A stretch of DNA of 64,000 nucleotides from Rikenella microfusus (GCA_020722565.1 DYKO01000010.1:42673-106672), one strand, 5' to 3'; positions 29,266 through 40,337 are shown, numbered from the stretch's first letter. Translations and numbers: made by a program. The notes: generated by a model not told the origin, from the letters alone.

Positions 29266-30132
29266 TTGATTTATAAAAAATTTTCTACATTTGTCAAACA
29301 AATGTTTAATATGAATAGAAAGACCGTTTTCAGTGATAATCAGGTGATTGATTTTTGCGGGATTACTGCTGACGATAATCCCATTCACAATCCCAGCTAC
29401 ATGCATGCACAGAACAAGAGCGTAGTGGTACCAGGAATGCTTTTGTTTTCAACAATTATCAATTTATTGCATCAAAAGGCTACCGAATCCTTTAATTGCT
29501 ACCGGTTAATTTTTGGCAATGTGATCTGCACCAACGAAACCATAGATTTGGGTTTTGCTTCCACACAAGATAAAGCCGAACATAAGTACCTGTATGCCAT
29601 AAACGGACACGATATGTTTTCAGTAAAATCGGAACGATCTATCGCTTTTAAAAACGATTCCTTAACCCAACTCCCAATCAATGGAATAGACCGAAAGCTC
29701 CCATATAACCGCTATCAACTCAATACATTCAAACGCCTTACCCATAGCATAAACGATGCCCTTTCTGATTTTCTGTTCTGCATAGCCTATGCAAGTGCTG
29801 CACTTTTTAAAGCGATTAGGGAACCGCTAACCGAAGTGGAAAGAGAAATTTATCGCTTGCTTGACAAAACAATTAATCCCGATCAGGTGTCGCCTTTTTA
29901 CCAAAATCTTGAAATTAACCAAATTAACAACAATATACTTTTAAGCGACAAAGGCGAGATAAACTATAACATCAATTTTACAAGGGAGAAAGAGAATAGG
30001 GTTTACCTGGCTCAGGTTAGCTGTTATAGTGAGAATCAATTACTATACCAATCAATTTATCGATTAATAGCCATACCCGACAAAATCATAATGAGGATGG
30101 TTAAAGAACATGAAACATCCAACTATATTTAA
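29266..30132 (+). CDS. MaoC/hotdog-fold dehydratase-like protein
   Basis: 'FCGITADDNPIH...VVPGMLL' matches the MaoC D-x-NPIH hydratase motif; the length fits a double hotdog fold. The true start may be 29302 or 29311. Confidence 0.6.
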   Translation: MIYKKFSTFVKQMFNMNRKTVFSDNQVIDFCGITADDNPIHNPSYMHAQNKSVVVPGMLLFSTIINLLHQKATESFNCYRLIFGNVICTNETIDLGFASTQDKAEHKYLYAINGHDMFSVKSERSIAFKNDSLTQLPINGIDRKLPYNRYQLNTFKRLTHSINDALSDFLFCIAYASAALFKAIREPLTEVEREIYRLLDKTINPDQVSPFYQNLEINQINNNILLSDKGEINYNINFTREKENRVYLAQVSCYSENQLLYQSIYRLIAIPDKIIMRMVKEHETSNYI

Positions 30133-32774
30133 TACTTAAGATTGATGTAAAAAGTTGGAGTAAAGCCATATCCAAATATGTCGTGATAGGCAATTATTGA
30201 ATTTCCCTGAAAATAGTCTGAAACAGGGGTATCGGTTAGTGTATAGTATCGGGAAAGATTGTTGTTTCGATTGTATAAGTTGAAAATCTTAACCCCAATT
30301 TCAAGTTGGCTTCGTCCAATGTTTGCCAAATAGTTAATTCCCAAATCCATACGATGGTAAGGGGTTAATCGTGAGGAATTTTTTTCGTATTCGGACGAAA
30401 GGGTAAGGTTGGTGAGAAGTAATAATTCGTCATAGGGTTTTGGGGTACCGTATATCCACGATGCAACAGCTCTCCAATGTTTTAATTTATAAATCCCTAC
30501 AAGTTTAATCTCATGTAAATGGTCATCTAAGGCATAATACTCGTCGCCGCCATTAAGTTTGTCGGATTGGTTGAATACCCGACTCAATGAGTAGGAAATC
30601 CACCCCTCGGCATTTTGCCACGATTTGCGCAACAGCACATCTAATCCAATGGCACGTGAGTTAACCCATACAACTTTCGACTGGCTTGTAATGCTGTTTG
30701 CTCCCGTACGCCGAATTACATTTTGTACAAACGATAACCCATCGGTTAGCTTTATGTACCCCTCAACATCAACTACAAGTCCATTGGATGAGTAGTTTAC
30801 ACCTGAAATAAAATGCTTTGAAGCCACAACCGGATATGATGTACCATCGGAGGCAGTCCATACATAGCGCACAGTGCTACCGGTAAAGTATATCCTGTTA
30901 ACAAACTGATTGTAAAGACCCGCAGCAAACTTTAATTTAAACTTATTTACTGGCTCTAAAATTAGCTGAACTCTTGGCTCAAGGTAATACTTTGATGTTA
31001 AGTTATGATGACTCAACCTAAGTCCAAGCGAAAAATTATTAATGCCGCTCCCTTTTAAACTTGTTTGCAACCATCCCGTGGTTAGACGGTTATTAAAGGA
31101 GTACTGCCGCAGGGTATCGATAAGCGAACTGCCACTAACGCTATGCCTATATTTATCGGTAAAACCCACATCAACCCAATTGTCTTGCAAACCAAACTCA
31201 ATGTTTGCATTTGCATTAATATCGAGTTTCGATTGCAGATTTATGGTAATATCGTTCAATTCAGTTGATGCGCCAAAACTTCTGATGATAGTATCAAAAA
31301 CAAAAGAGCTATTTCTCCGTTTCAAAGTGCTATCGATGTAGTCAAAATTGCTATTAAACTCGGAAACTCCAATGGTAAAGTTGAGGTAGAATTTTGGACT
31401 CCACTGGCGTGCCCATCGAAAACCCGCACCACGGTTACCCCATTTGGCGCTATCGTTTACAAATGGAGAGATATCGGATTTAGTGACTTTTTGATAATCA
31501 GAGCCAATATAACCGGTTGCTGAAATTACATCGCGAGCCGAAGGTTTCAAACTAATCTTTGCGTTAGCATCGTAAAATAGGTAATCGGGGGCATTGGCGC
31601 TACTACCATAGATGCTAAACTTACTCCTTCCGAGCACAAGGTCAGAAGTTGCGCTCTCGTAAAGGTTGGTAAAAAGTGCCGACTGATAGAAGTCGGCATA
31701 AGAGCGACGGGCAGAAATAATAAACGAGGCATGTCGGCCAATAGGGCCCTCAAGGGTAATATCACCAGCAAGTTGGTCGGAACCGGCATCAACGCTAATA
31801 GCATTTTCATTACCTGTTTTTCCTGTTATTTCCACAACTGAAGATGCCCTTCCACCCCAGCGGCAATCGAACCCCCCGCGGTAAAGCCGAATATCCTTAA
31901 TAGCCTTGCTATTCAAACTTGAAAATGCACCAAGTAGATGGTCAATGTGGTAAATGGTAAAACCATCGTAGGCAATAAGATTTTTATCGGCCGGAGAATG
32001 ACGCACCAGCAGCCCCGATAAAGATTCAGTAGTGCCATCAACTCCGGGTAGAAACTGTAACGGTGCCAAAACATCAATCCCAGACAATCCGATAGGTAAA
32101 CTTGAGCTACGCGTATTAAGAATCAGTTCACCCAAATGATCGCCTGTTGCCACAAGGTTATTTACCGTTTTAACCACTTCCACATCGGCTAACTGAAATT
32201 GTGTAGGATTAAGTTCAATTAATACGGGACCTTCGGAAGTTTTAACATGGGCAATTTTCATTTGAATGGGCTCAAAGCCTAGTAGGCGTACCTCAACATC
32301 AATGGAATCGGTGTTGTTTAACGGAAGCGTAAAGAATCCATCAGGATTAGTTACCGTGCCCACATTGGACTCCAAAACTTTTATCGAAGCGTAGGGAAGC
32401 GATTCGCCTGTAATGCGATCGCGAACCAATCCCTGAAAAGGTTTGTTTTTTTCGGCCACAACCCGATCGGACTTCTTTATTACATAAACGTTATTTATTA
32501 CAACATATTCATACCCAGTATTCTTGAGCAAAGTAGCAATAACACGATTGGAACTCGAATTCTTAAACACTCCCGAAACCTTGACAGTACTTAGTGCAAT
32601 TGGATCGAATGCTACTTTTAAGTTGTACTTTGTGGATAAAAGCGTCAGTACTTCATTCAGTGGTTCATTGGTAAACTTTTCGGTAATTGTTATTTTTTGT
32701 GGAAAAGCGATATGAGTAACAAGCAAAAACATGCTTATTAGAAACAAAAATTTATTTCGATGTAAGAAAGTCAT
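30129..32774 (-). CDS. TonB-dependent transducer (STN + carboxypeptidase-regulatory-like + plug + barrel)
   Basis: STN-like 'EPLNEVLTLLSTKYNLKVAF', 'GESLPYASIKV...GTVTNPDGFFTL', plug 'LQFLPGVD...NLIAYDGFTIY' and aromatic C-terminus. Likely start 32774; the ORF track gives 32807. Confidence 0.88.
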   Translation of the reverse strand: MTFLHRNKFLFLISMFLLVTHIAFPQKITITEKFTNEPLNEVLTLLSTKYNLKVAFDPIALSTVKVSGVFKNSSSNRVIATLLKNTGYEYVVINNVYVIKKSDRVVAEKNKPFQGLVRDRITGESLPYASIKVLESNVGTVTNPDGFFTLPLNNTDSIDVEVRLLGFEPIQMKIAHVKTSEGPVLIELNPTQFQLADVEVVKTVNNLVATGDHLGELILNTRSSSLPIGLSGIDVLAPLQFLPGVDGTTESLSGLLVRHSPADKNLIAYDGFTIYHIDHLLGAFSSLNSKAIKDIRLYRGGFDCRWGGRASSVVEITGKTGNENAISVDAGSDQLAGDITLEGPIGRHASFIISARRSYADFYQSALFTNLYESATSDLVLGRSKFSIYGSSANAPDYLFYDANAKISLKPSARDVISATGYIGSDYQKVTKSDISPFVNDSAKWGNRGAGFRWARQWSPKFYLNFTIGVSEFNSNFDYIDSTLKRRNSSFVFDTIIRSFGASTELNDITINLQSKLDINANANIEFGLQDNWVDVGFTDKYRHSVSGSSLIDTLRQYSFNNRLTTGWLQTSLKGSGINNFSLGLRLSHHNLTSKYYLEPRVQLILEPVNKFKLKFAAGLYNQFVNRIYFTGSTVRYVWTASDGTSYPVVASKHFISGVNYSSNGLVVDVEGYIKLTDGLSFVQNVIRRTGANSITSQSKVVWVNSRAIGLDVLLRKSWQNAEGWISYSLSRVFNQSDKLNGGDEYYALDDHLHEIKLVGIYKLKHWRAVASWIYGTPKPYDELLLLTNLTLSSEYEKNSSRLTPYHRMDLGINYLANIGRSQLEIGVKIFNLYNRNNNLSRYYTLTDTPVSDYFQGNSIIAYHDIFGYGFTPTFYINLKY

Positions 32775-32819
32775 ACTACATAGGTTGCTAAACATAATAC
32801 AACCCAATAAAATTTTTCA

Positions 32820-33698
32820 CTACCTAAAAGTTATTGATGAAGAATCGGGGGCAATAGTAAATGTAAGCCCCAGTGATGCCGAAAGAATGTTTGCAGCCGC
32901 TTCGTAGCTGCCAACCGGTAGTGTTCCGCTAAAGGTTCGGGAATTGGGGTCAAATCCATCGGCATTAAATTGTATGCCATAAAAAGTAGAGAGCTCATCG
33001 AAAACAACCGATAAGCTATTGTTACTAAACGTAAACTCGCCCTTTACCCATGCTGGCTTACTTTGAAAGTCGGAATTAATAATTTGTCGGTTAATAGTCC
33101 CCGATTTTACAGAAATTGCCTCGCCCTTTTCAATTTTAAATAATTCACGCTGGGTTATCCTTACCTCAACCTTACCTTCAAAGCAATGCACTGCGAAGTA
33201 ATTGGATCGACTAATAACATTAAACTCGGTTCCGGGTACCAAAACCTGATGATTAAACCTATCGGTAACCCTAAAAGTTCCCCTATGCTTTGCAACCTGG
33301 AAAAATATCTCGCCCTTCATAAAAACATTCCGGTTGAGTAAACCAAACGAACGCCTATAAGAAAGCGCTGCCCCATTATTAAGAGTGGCACGTGAACCAT
33401 CGGGAAGTACAATACTAAACGTTGATGCTATGGGTGATTCAATGGTAGTTTTTTGATTTAGAAACAAATAGCTGCTCAGCAAAACTAACACCGTAAAACC
33501 AGCGGCAATAGCCCAGGTGATAAGAGGCTTCAGAATAATGCGTTTGGGCTTTTCAATCTTTTCATCAATGGCATTAATAAGTTTTGCCCATGCCTCCTCC
33601 TTCCCTACTTTTGAAGGGGGTACTAAAAGCCCTTGAAACATTTCCCGTAATGTTTTTTCATCCATTTCTGGGCTGATACTATTTTTATTCTCATTCAT
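32820..33698 (-). CDS. FecR-family anti-sigma factor
   Basis: TM, then 'LPDGSRATLN', 'MKGEIFFQV', 'VPGTEFNV' and 'VHCFEGKV'; overlaps the sigma stop by 4 nt. Confidence 0.88.
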   Translation of the reverse strand: MNENKNSISPEMDEKTLREMFQGLLVPPSKVGKEEAWAKLINAIDEKIEKPKRIILKPLITWAIAAGFTVLVLLSSYLFLNQKTTIESPIASTFSIVLPDGSRATLNNGAALSYRRSFGLLNRNVFMKGEIFFQVAKHRGTFRVTDRFNHQVLVPGTEFNVISRSNYFAVHCFEGKVEVRITQRELFKIEKGEAISVKSGTINRQIINSDFQSKPAWVKGEFTFSNNSLSVVFDELSTFYGIQFNADGFDPNSRTFSGTLPVGSYEAAANILSASLGLTFTIAPDSSSITFR

Positions 33699-34222
33699 AA
33701 GCTATAGCCAAACTTTTTGCGTAAAACAGCAAGTGCCTCACTCATACGTTTTTCGATAGCTTTAACGCTAAGCCCTAAACGCGCTGCTATCTCGGCATAG
33801 GTAAGGCCATCGATACGGTTCATAAGAAAAACCTCTCGGGGGCCATCGGGAATGGATGCTAATGCATCCTGAAGCTGTCGGTTAAGCTGCTCCATACGAA
33901 TTGCCTCATCGGCACTACTATTTTCTGGATTAATATCAGTTTCCCTACTTTGCTGAAAATTATAAACTACCTGTTGGTGCTTAAAATGATTTTTGATGAT
34001 GTTCCCGGCAATTGTATAAAGAAGTGTCTTAACAGTATCGTCACGTACTGATGCCCGTATGTCCCAAAGTTTTAAAAAGGTTTCCTGAACCACATCGTCG
34101 GCCATGTCAACATCTCCGATCTTAAAGTAGGCAAAATGCCTAATGCTCTCGTAGTATTTATCAAAGAGTTCTCGAAACCATTTGAGTTCATCAGAAGAGT
34201 AATTGCCCTTGGGAAGAGTCAT
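33695..34222 (-). CDS. ECF RNA polymerase sigma-70 factor
   Basis: 'ADDVVQETFLKLW' (region 2) and 'REVFLMNRIDGLTYAEIAARLGLSVKAIEKRM' (region 4). Likely start 34222. Confidence 0.93.
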   Translation of the reverse strand: MTLPKGNYSSDELKWFRELFDKYYESIRHFAYFKIGDVDMADDVVQETFLKLWDIRASVRDDTVKTLLYTIAGNIIKNHFKHQQVVYNFQQSRETDINPENSSADEAIRMEQLNRQLQDALASIPDGPREVFLMNRIDGLTYAEIAARLGLSVKAIEKRMSEALAVLRKKFGYSL

Positions 34223-34382
34223 ACGAGTAAATAAGTTACTATAATGCAAATTTAGAATTTAATATTGATTGATACCTTCTTTTGTCAATAAAAGAGAAAA
34301 ACTTTAGGAAATCGATTCTTCCCCTCTGAGTAATAAAAATGAAGGTACCTAAAATATACTCCCTCTTCGAAACATCATTTCA

Positions 34383-35155
34383 TCAAATCTTTTTCTCAAT
34401 ATAATAGATATCCCCGCAAAACTCTTTGTACTTATAGTAGCGCTGAGCCTCACGGCGCCCATTAGCCACTAATTCTTTTGCCATCCTGTTCCCTGCATAC
34501 GTTGATAGGCATTTCTCCTGAGCAGCGGCATGAGGGGCATAGAAATGCTCAGTCCAGCACTCCTCGGGAGGTGTAAACATTGCGACAGGAATATACCCTG
34601 CCTTTTCCATAATGGCAACCTTTCTGGAAATAGTATCAATTTCGGGATAAGCCTCCATCCAAAACCTTTCTATTTCCTCCGGTCGGTTCAATATAAACCA
34701 CGATGCTTCGGTAACTGCTACATACCCTCCTTTTTTAAGAAACTTTTTCCACTCGTTTAACCCGCGTTCAAAGCCAATGTTATAAATGGCACCCTCGGAC
34801 CATATTAAATCCAGCTCCTCGTCATGAAAGGGCAGGTTATCCATTGAGCCAACTATTGCATTGACCCTGTGGTGCAGCTCCTGAGCTTAGGCATTCGAAT
34901 TTAAAATGTCAACAAATTTCTGAAAAAGATCGATTCCAATAATACTCCCATTGGCATGCTGAGCCAGTACCATGGTCTGACCACCGGTTCCGCAAGCAAT
35001 ATCAGCTATACGTGAACACTCTGAAAGATTATCAATAAAACATAGTGCTTTTATTGTAGCCTCAGTGCTTCCAGGACCCTGACGATGTAAATATGAAAAG
35101 TATTCACAAATTAGGGTGAAGTTAAATCATGTATTGAATTGCTTTCTTTACTCAT
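34383..35155 (-). pseudogene. Class I SAM-dependent methyltransferase pseudogene
   Basis: Reconstructed MSKESNSIHD / FNFTLICEYF...RIADIACGTGGQT...NA*AQEL...GSMDNLP. One-base frameshift at ~35124-35126 and an in-frame TAA at 34887-34889. Confidence 0.85.
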
Positions 35156-35514
35156 GATGCTTAAGTTTAATTGTAAAACCATCGATTCTTAGCTTGTATA
35201 ATTAGATATAACTCCGACAAGAACTTGCCGGGTAGCATTAAATGATAGCCCTGGATTTATTCCAGGCCTATTTATCGCACATGCTCCGAATTAAACTTAA
35301 ACATCCAACAGTATTAGTTTTACAGAGTTAGTGATTGTGTTCTATTATCCCAGATTAAGCATTAGGAATGTAATGAACTAATAATTAACTTGTTGATTGC
35401 ACAATGGGTATCTGGATTAATTCCGACAAATCATTGATTTAGTCGGCCTTTAGGCAAAATGGCGTTAGTTAATGATTAATTTTTATCCAATTGTACTTTT
35501 TTGAAGATATACAT

Positions 35515-35546
35515 AAAAAAGAGGGTTACCAATGGGTAACCCTCTT
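35515..35546 (-). terminator. Intrinsic terminator after infB
   Basis: aaaaaa-gagggttacc-aatg-ggtaaccctc. Confidence 0.8.
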
Positions 35547-35568
35547 CTATACTAAACTAATGGAGCTC

Positions 35569-38484
35569 TTACAACTTGCGTTTTACCTCAACCTGCTGGA
35601 AACCCTCAATAATGTCGCCCGTTTTAATATCGTTGAAGTTAGTGATATTCAAACCACACTCGAATCCGGAAGAGACCTCCTTTGCATCGTCCTTAAAGCG
35701 TTTAAGCGAACCCAATTCGCCGGTATAGATAACAATACCGTCGCGGATAAGGCGAATTTTATTATTACGAACAATTTTGCCTTCGCGAACAATACATCCT
35801 GCAACGGTACCAACCTTTGATATTTTGAAGGTTTCGAGGATCTCGGCAGTGCCGGTAATTTCCTCCTTGATTTCAGGGGCAAGCATACCCTCCATGGCGT
35901 CCTTAATCTCATTAATGGCATCGTATATGATGGAGTAGAGACGAATGTCAATTTCTTCCTTCTCAGCCAACTTACGAGCACCAGCCGATGGGCGAACCTG
36001 GAATCCAATAACAATAGCGTTTGAAGCAGCAGCTAGCAAGATATCCGACTCGGATATTTGGCCAACAGCCTTGTGAATAACATTAACCTGAATTTGAGGT
36101 GTAGAAAGTTTAATCAAGCTATCGGAAAGAGCCTCAACCGAGCCGTCAACATCACCCTTAACCACCAGGTTGAGTTCCCTAAAGTTTCCAATGGCAATTC
36201 TGCGGCCGATTTCGTCGAGGGTGATGTGCTTTTTGGTCTTCATGCTCTGCATGCGAACCAGCTGCTCACGCTTATTGGCAATTTCGCGGGCCTCGCGATC
36301 GGAATCAAGTATATTAAAGTAATCGCCAGCCTGAGGGGCGCCGTTAAGTCCAATAACCTGAACGGGTGTTGCTGGTCCTGCTTGATTTATACGCTGACCA
36401 CGCTCGTTGAACATTGCCTTAACGTGTCCGTAGTAAATACCTGCTAGCATAATATCGCCCTGGTGAAGGGTTCCGTTTTGAACCAATACGGTGGCCAAAT
36501 AACCCCTTCCCTTATCTAAAGCCGACTCAATAACAGTACCCGATGCTCGTTTGTTTGGGTTAGCCTTAAGATCGAGCAATTCGGCTTCGAGCAACACTTT
36601 TTCTAGTAGTTTATCAACATTAACCCCTTGTTTTGCTGAAATTTCCTGACTCTGATACTTGCCACCCCAATCCTCAACCAAATAGTTCATATTGGCCAGT
36701 TCGTTTTTAATTTTCTCAGGATCGGCAGTAGGTTTATCTATTTTATTAATTGCAAACACAATTGGTACACCCGCTGCACTAGCGTGGTTAATAGCTTCAA
36801 TGGTCTGGGGCATAACAGCATCATCTGCAGCCACCACAATAATAGCCACATCGGTTAACTTTGCACCACGAGCACGCATAGCTGTAAATGCTTCGTGTCC
36901 AGGGGTATCAAGAAATGTGATCCTTTTACCATTATCAAGTTCCACGCTATAGGCTCCGATGTGCTGGGTTATTCCACCTGCCTCTCCGGCAATAACGTTT
37001 GAATGACGGATATAGTCCAGTAACGATGTTTTACCGTGGTCAACGTGCCCCATTACGGTAACAATGGGTGGACGGGGTTTCAAATTCTCTGGAGAATCTT
37101 CCTCTTCTTCCTTAATAACCTCCTGTAGGTCAACAGTAACAAATTCAACCCTGTAGTCAAACTCATCCGCAACCAGAGCCATAGTTTCAGCATCAAGCCT
37201 TTGATTAATAGATACCATCAGGCCAAGATTCATGCACACATCAATTACATCGGTAACCGAGACATTCATCATAGCGGCTAATTCATTAGCCGATACAAAC
37301 TCTGTTACCTTAAGTATTTGCTTTTCCTGCTCCTGACGTTCTAGTTCCTCCTGTTGGCGGGCACTTATAAGATCACGTTTTTCACGACGATATTTCGAAC
37401 CCTTAGTCTTTCCCTTTGCGATAAGGCGAGCAAGGGTTTCCTTAATCTGGCGCTGAACTTCTTCCTCGTCAACCTCCTGCCTAATAACCTTTTTCTTCTT
37501 TAACTTTTTGGGCTGAATCTCGGGTTTGCGTTGTTGTACCTGCTGTTGTTGTTTATCCTTACTCTCCGATTCGCCAACGGCTATACGACCATCCTTTTTA
37601 ATGCGCTTGCGCTTCTTTTTCTTACCGTTAGTTTTGTCAAAATCCGAAGATGAAGCCACTGGCTTCTTTTTGGTTTCAAACTGGCTTAAATCAATTTTCC
37701 CCTTAATAGTGGGTCCGGAGAGACGCTCAACCTCTGCACGATAAATCACTTCGGTTAATGGTTGTATTTCACTAGGTTGCTCAGCTGCGGAGGTGTTCAT
37801 TTGGGTCTCACCTATAACAGGTTGTTCTTCCTCCTTTGTTTCTTCAGGCAGTACTGGTTTAACCTGTTCCTTTTTCTTTAGAGTTTTTCTTTTTGATTCA
37901 ATATCAATTTTACCAATAACCTTGGGTTCTTTTATTTTTACCTTTGGTTTTATAACCTCTTCTTCCTTAAATTGCTTTTCATTTTGGGGCGAAACCTTTT
38001 GCTCCTTCTTTTCGGGAAGTTTTGGTACCTCTTCCTTATTTTCTATTTTAGGCTCTTCGGATTTAGGCTTGGGTACCAAAGCATCCAAATCGATTTTCCC
38101 CTTAACCTTAAGATCGATTTTTGGCTTTTCAATTTCTATTGTAGGCTTATCCGAATCAATGGTGGTAGTTTTGATAAATACATCATCGTCGGTTGGTTCG
38201 TCCAAACTATCATCGGGGTGTTTATGAATGTCCTCAATAGAAATGCTTTCCTTCTTATCCCTAAGAGCCTTGAGATTTTCCTTCTGTTGCTCGGACCTTT
38301 TCTTTAAGTCAAGCTCCACACCAAATTCTTTCTCCAGAAGGGTGACAACGCTCTGCTCAACCTTAGCATTGGGATCGTTGCTAACATTGTGTCCCTTCTT
38401 GTGCAGGAATTCAACCAACGTACCCACGCCAACATTGAACTCTTTGGCTAACTTACTGAGCCTTATCATTTTATCGCTAGTCAT
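35569..38484 (-). CDS. infB: Translation initiation factor IF-2
   Basis: G-motifs 'MGHVDHGKT', 'DTPGHEAF' and 'NKID'; long K/E-rich N-terminus. Confidence 0.98.
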   Translation of the reverse strand: MTSDKMIRLSKLAKEFNVGVGTLVEFLHKKGHNVSNDPNAKVEQSVVTLLEKEFGVELDLKKRSEQQKENLKALRDKKESISIEDIHKHPDDSLDEPTDDDVFIKTTTIDSDKPTIEIEKPKIDLKVKGKIDLDALVPKPKSEEPKIENKEEVPKLPEKKEQKVSPQNEKQFKEEEVIKPKVKIKEPKVIGKIDIESKRKTLKKKEQVKPVLPEETKEEEQPVIGETQMNTSAAEQPSEIQPLTEVIYRAEVERLSGPTIKGKIDLSQFETKKKPVASSSDFDKTNGKKKKRKRIKKDGRIAVGESESKDKQQQQVQQRKPEIQPKKLKKKKVIRQEVDEEEVQRQIKETLARLIAKGKTKGSKYRREKRDLISARQQEELERQEQEKQILKVTEFVSANELAAMMNVSVTDVIDVCMNLGLMVSINQRLDAETMALVADEFDYRVEFVTVDLQEVIKEEEEDSPENLKPRPPIVTVMGHVDHGKTSLLDYIRHSNVIAGEAGGITQHIGAYSVELDNGKRITFLDTPGHEAFTAMRARGAKLTDVAIIVVAADDAVMPQTIEAINHASAAGVPIVFAINKIDKPTADPEKIKNELANMNYLVEDWGGKYQSQEISAKQGVNVDKLLEKVLLEAELLDLKANPNKRASGTVIESALDKGRGYLATVLVQNGTLHQGDIMLAGIYYGHVKAMFNERGQRINQAGPATPVQVIGLNGAPQAGDYFNILDSDREAREIANKREQLVRMQSMKTKKHITLDEIGRRIAIGNFRELNLVVKGDVDGSVEALSDSLIKLSTPQIQVNVIHKAVGQISESDILLAAASNAIVIGFQVRPSAGARKLAEKEEIDIRLYSIIYDAINEIKDAMEGMLAPEIKEEITGTAEILETFKISKVGTVAGCIVREGKIVRNNKIRLIRDGIVIYTGELGSLKRFKDDAKEVSSGFECGLNITNFNDIKTGDIIEGFQQVEVKRKL

Positions 38485-38543
38485 AAAGGCTTCTTCCCCT
38501 TATTTTAATATGTTTACAATGCAAAACTAAGCTAAAGGCTTAA

Positions 38544-39782
38544 CTATTCAAACTCTGCCTTTAAAATTTTAATTATTTCCTTCACAGTTTCCTCCTCCAA
38601 ATCGGTTCGTTTAACGAGTTCTTTGAAAGGGATTTCCAAAACGCTTTTAGCAGTATCGCAACCAATCCCCTTGAGGGTATCAATAATCCAACCATCTATT
38701 TCGTCGGCAAATTCATCGAGATTAACATCCTCTTCGTCTTCCACTTCAGCCTCACGATAAACATCAATTTCGTAGCCGGTTAGCTGGCTAGCTAACTTAA
38801 TATTGTATCCCCCCTTACCTATGGCAAGTGAAACCTCAGAAGGTTTTAGGTACACCTCGGCACGTTTGTTTGTCTCATCAATTTTAATTGATGTAATTTT
38901 GGCAGGACTGAGGGCACGCTGTATGAAAAGTTGAGTATTATTGGTATAATTAATAACATCGATGCTCTCGTTTCTCAGCTCACGAACAATGCCGTGAATT
39001 CGGCTTCCCTTCATTCCTACACAGGCACCAACCGGGTCAACACGTTCATCGTACGATTCCACCGCAACCTTTGCGCGTTCACCGGGTATGCGAACAATTT
39101 TCTTAATGGTAATAAGACCGTCGAAAATTTCGGGAACTTCAAGTTCAAAGAGTCGCTCCAGAAAAGCATTGGCTGTACGAGAAAGAATTATAAGCGGGGT
39201 GTTATTCTTCATTTCCACCTTATAAACAACTGCACGGATGCTGTCGCCCTTGCGGTAGAAATCAGTAGGTATTTGTTCGGTTTTGGGCAGAAGCAACTCG
39301 TTCCCTTCGTCGTCGAGTACCAGTATTTCCTTCTTCCATACTTGGTAAACCTCACCGGTAATAATTTCGCCAATTCTATCCTTATACTTGCTGTAAAGAT
39401 TATTGCGTTCCAACTCCATTATACGGGAAGTCAGGTTCTGACGCAAGGCCAATATTGCTCTACGGCCAAACTCCGAAAGTTGAACCTCAGAGGTTACCTC
39501 CTCGCCCACCTCATAATCCTCATCTATTTTACGAGCATCGGAAAGCGATATCTGGCGGTTGGAATCTTCCACAGCACCATTTTCAACAACCTCACGATTT
39601 CGGTAAATCACAAAATCGCCCTTGTCTATATTAATGATGATATCAAAATTATCGTCGGAACCATAAAGCTTAACCAACATGCTGCGAAAAACATCCTCCA
39701 GCACGCTCATCATGGTTGGCCTGTCAATGTTTTTAAGTTCCTTAAACTCCAGAAACGAATCAATCAAATTTAAGTTTTCCAT
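38544..39782 (-). CDS. nusA: Transcription termination/antitermination factor NusA
   Basis: S1 and KH domains; 'RIPGERAKVAV', 'DPVGACVG' and 'AIGKGGYNIKLA'. Confidence 0.97.
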   Translation of the reverse strand: MENLNLIDSFLEFKELKNIDRPTMMSVLEDVFRSMLVKLYGSDDNFDIIINIDKGDFVIYRNREVVENGAVEDSNRQISLSDARKIDEDYEVGEEVTSEVQLSEFGRRAILALRQNLTSRIMELERNNLYSKYKDRIGEIITGEVYQVWKKEILVLDDEGNELLLPKTEQIPTDFYRKGDSIRAVVYKVEMKNNTPLIILSRTANAFLERLFELEVPEIFDGLITIKKIVRIPGERAKVAVESYDERVDPVGACVGMKGSRIHGIVRELRNESIDVINYTNNTQLFIQRALSPAKITSIKIDETNKRAEVYLKPSEVSLAIGKGGYNIKLASQLTGYEIDVYREAEVEDEEDVNLDEFADEIDGWIIDTLKGIGCDTAKSVLEIPFKELVKRTDLEEETVKEIIKILKAEFE

Positions 39783-39809
39783 TGCTATGCAGTTTTTCCC
39801 TATTAAACC

Positions 39810-40277
39810 CTACCTAAATTTTATAATTGCTCTTGCCTGCTTAATGCTGTCAAAAGTGAGTTCAATTAGTTCGGTAACCACCTGTTTTTTCTTTTTCCCC
39901 TCAACATCCATCTTTTTGGAATATTCCATTTGAATTCCGTTTTCATCAGCAGAGCGGAGTATCCCTTGTAGCTTTTGTCCATTGGATAGCAAAACTTCAA
40001 AATCCTTATCGATATACTTACCATACTGACGAGGATTCTTAAGCGGCTGCCCCAAACCTGCAGAGGTTACCTCAAGTTCAAAATCTTCCTTCTCCCTATC
40101 CAGCGAAGCCTCAATGGCTCGGGTAATTACCACGCATGAGTCTATAGCCACATCTTTATCGCCATCAACGGTAACAACAATTTTATTGTTTGATGTTACC
40201 TCAATATCCACAAGGAAAAGGTTTTCCCGTTCCAACACGGGTTCAACAATTTGTTTTACCTGAACAGCACTTACCAT
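39810..40277 (-). CDS. rimP: Ribosome maturation factor RimP
   Basis: 'LEVTSAGLGQPL' and its position upstream of nusA. Likely start 40277; the ORF track gives 40295. Confidence 0.92.
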   Translation of the reverse strand: MVSAVQVKQIVEPVLERENLFLVDIEVTSNNKIVVTVDGDKDVAIDSCVVITRAIEASLDREKEDFELEVTSAGLGQPLKNPRQYGKYIDKDFEVLLSNGQKLQGILRSADENGIQMEYSKKMDVEGKKKKQVVTELIELTFDSIKQARAIIKFR

Positions 40278-40337
40278 AAGCAATCTTTCTAACAAAACAG
40301 GGGACTACGTCCCCTGCCTCTCTCAGCAAAACTTTTG

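Noticed and set aside
37400-38250. Low-complexity K/E/Q-rich region
   Set aside because: This is the normal variable N-terminal domain of IF-2.
38931-39773. 280-aa plus-strand ORF
   Set aside because: It is fully antisense to nusA and has no recognisable motif; a shadow ORF. The same applies to the many short antisense or nested ORFs within sprA, infB, nrdJ, dpp7 and the lpx genes.
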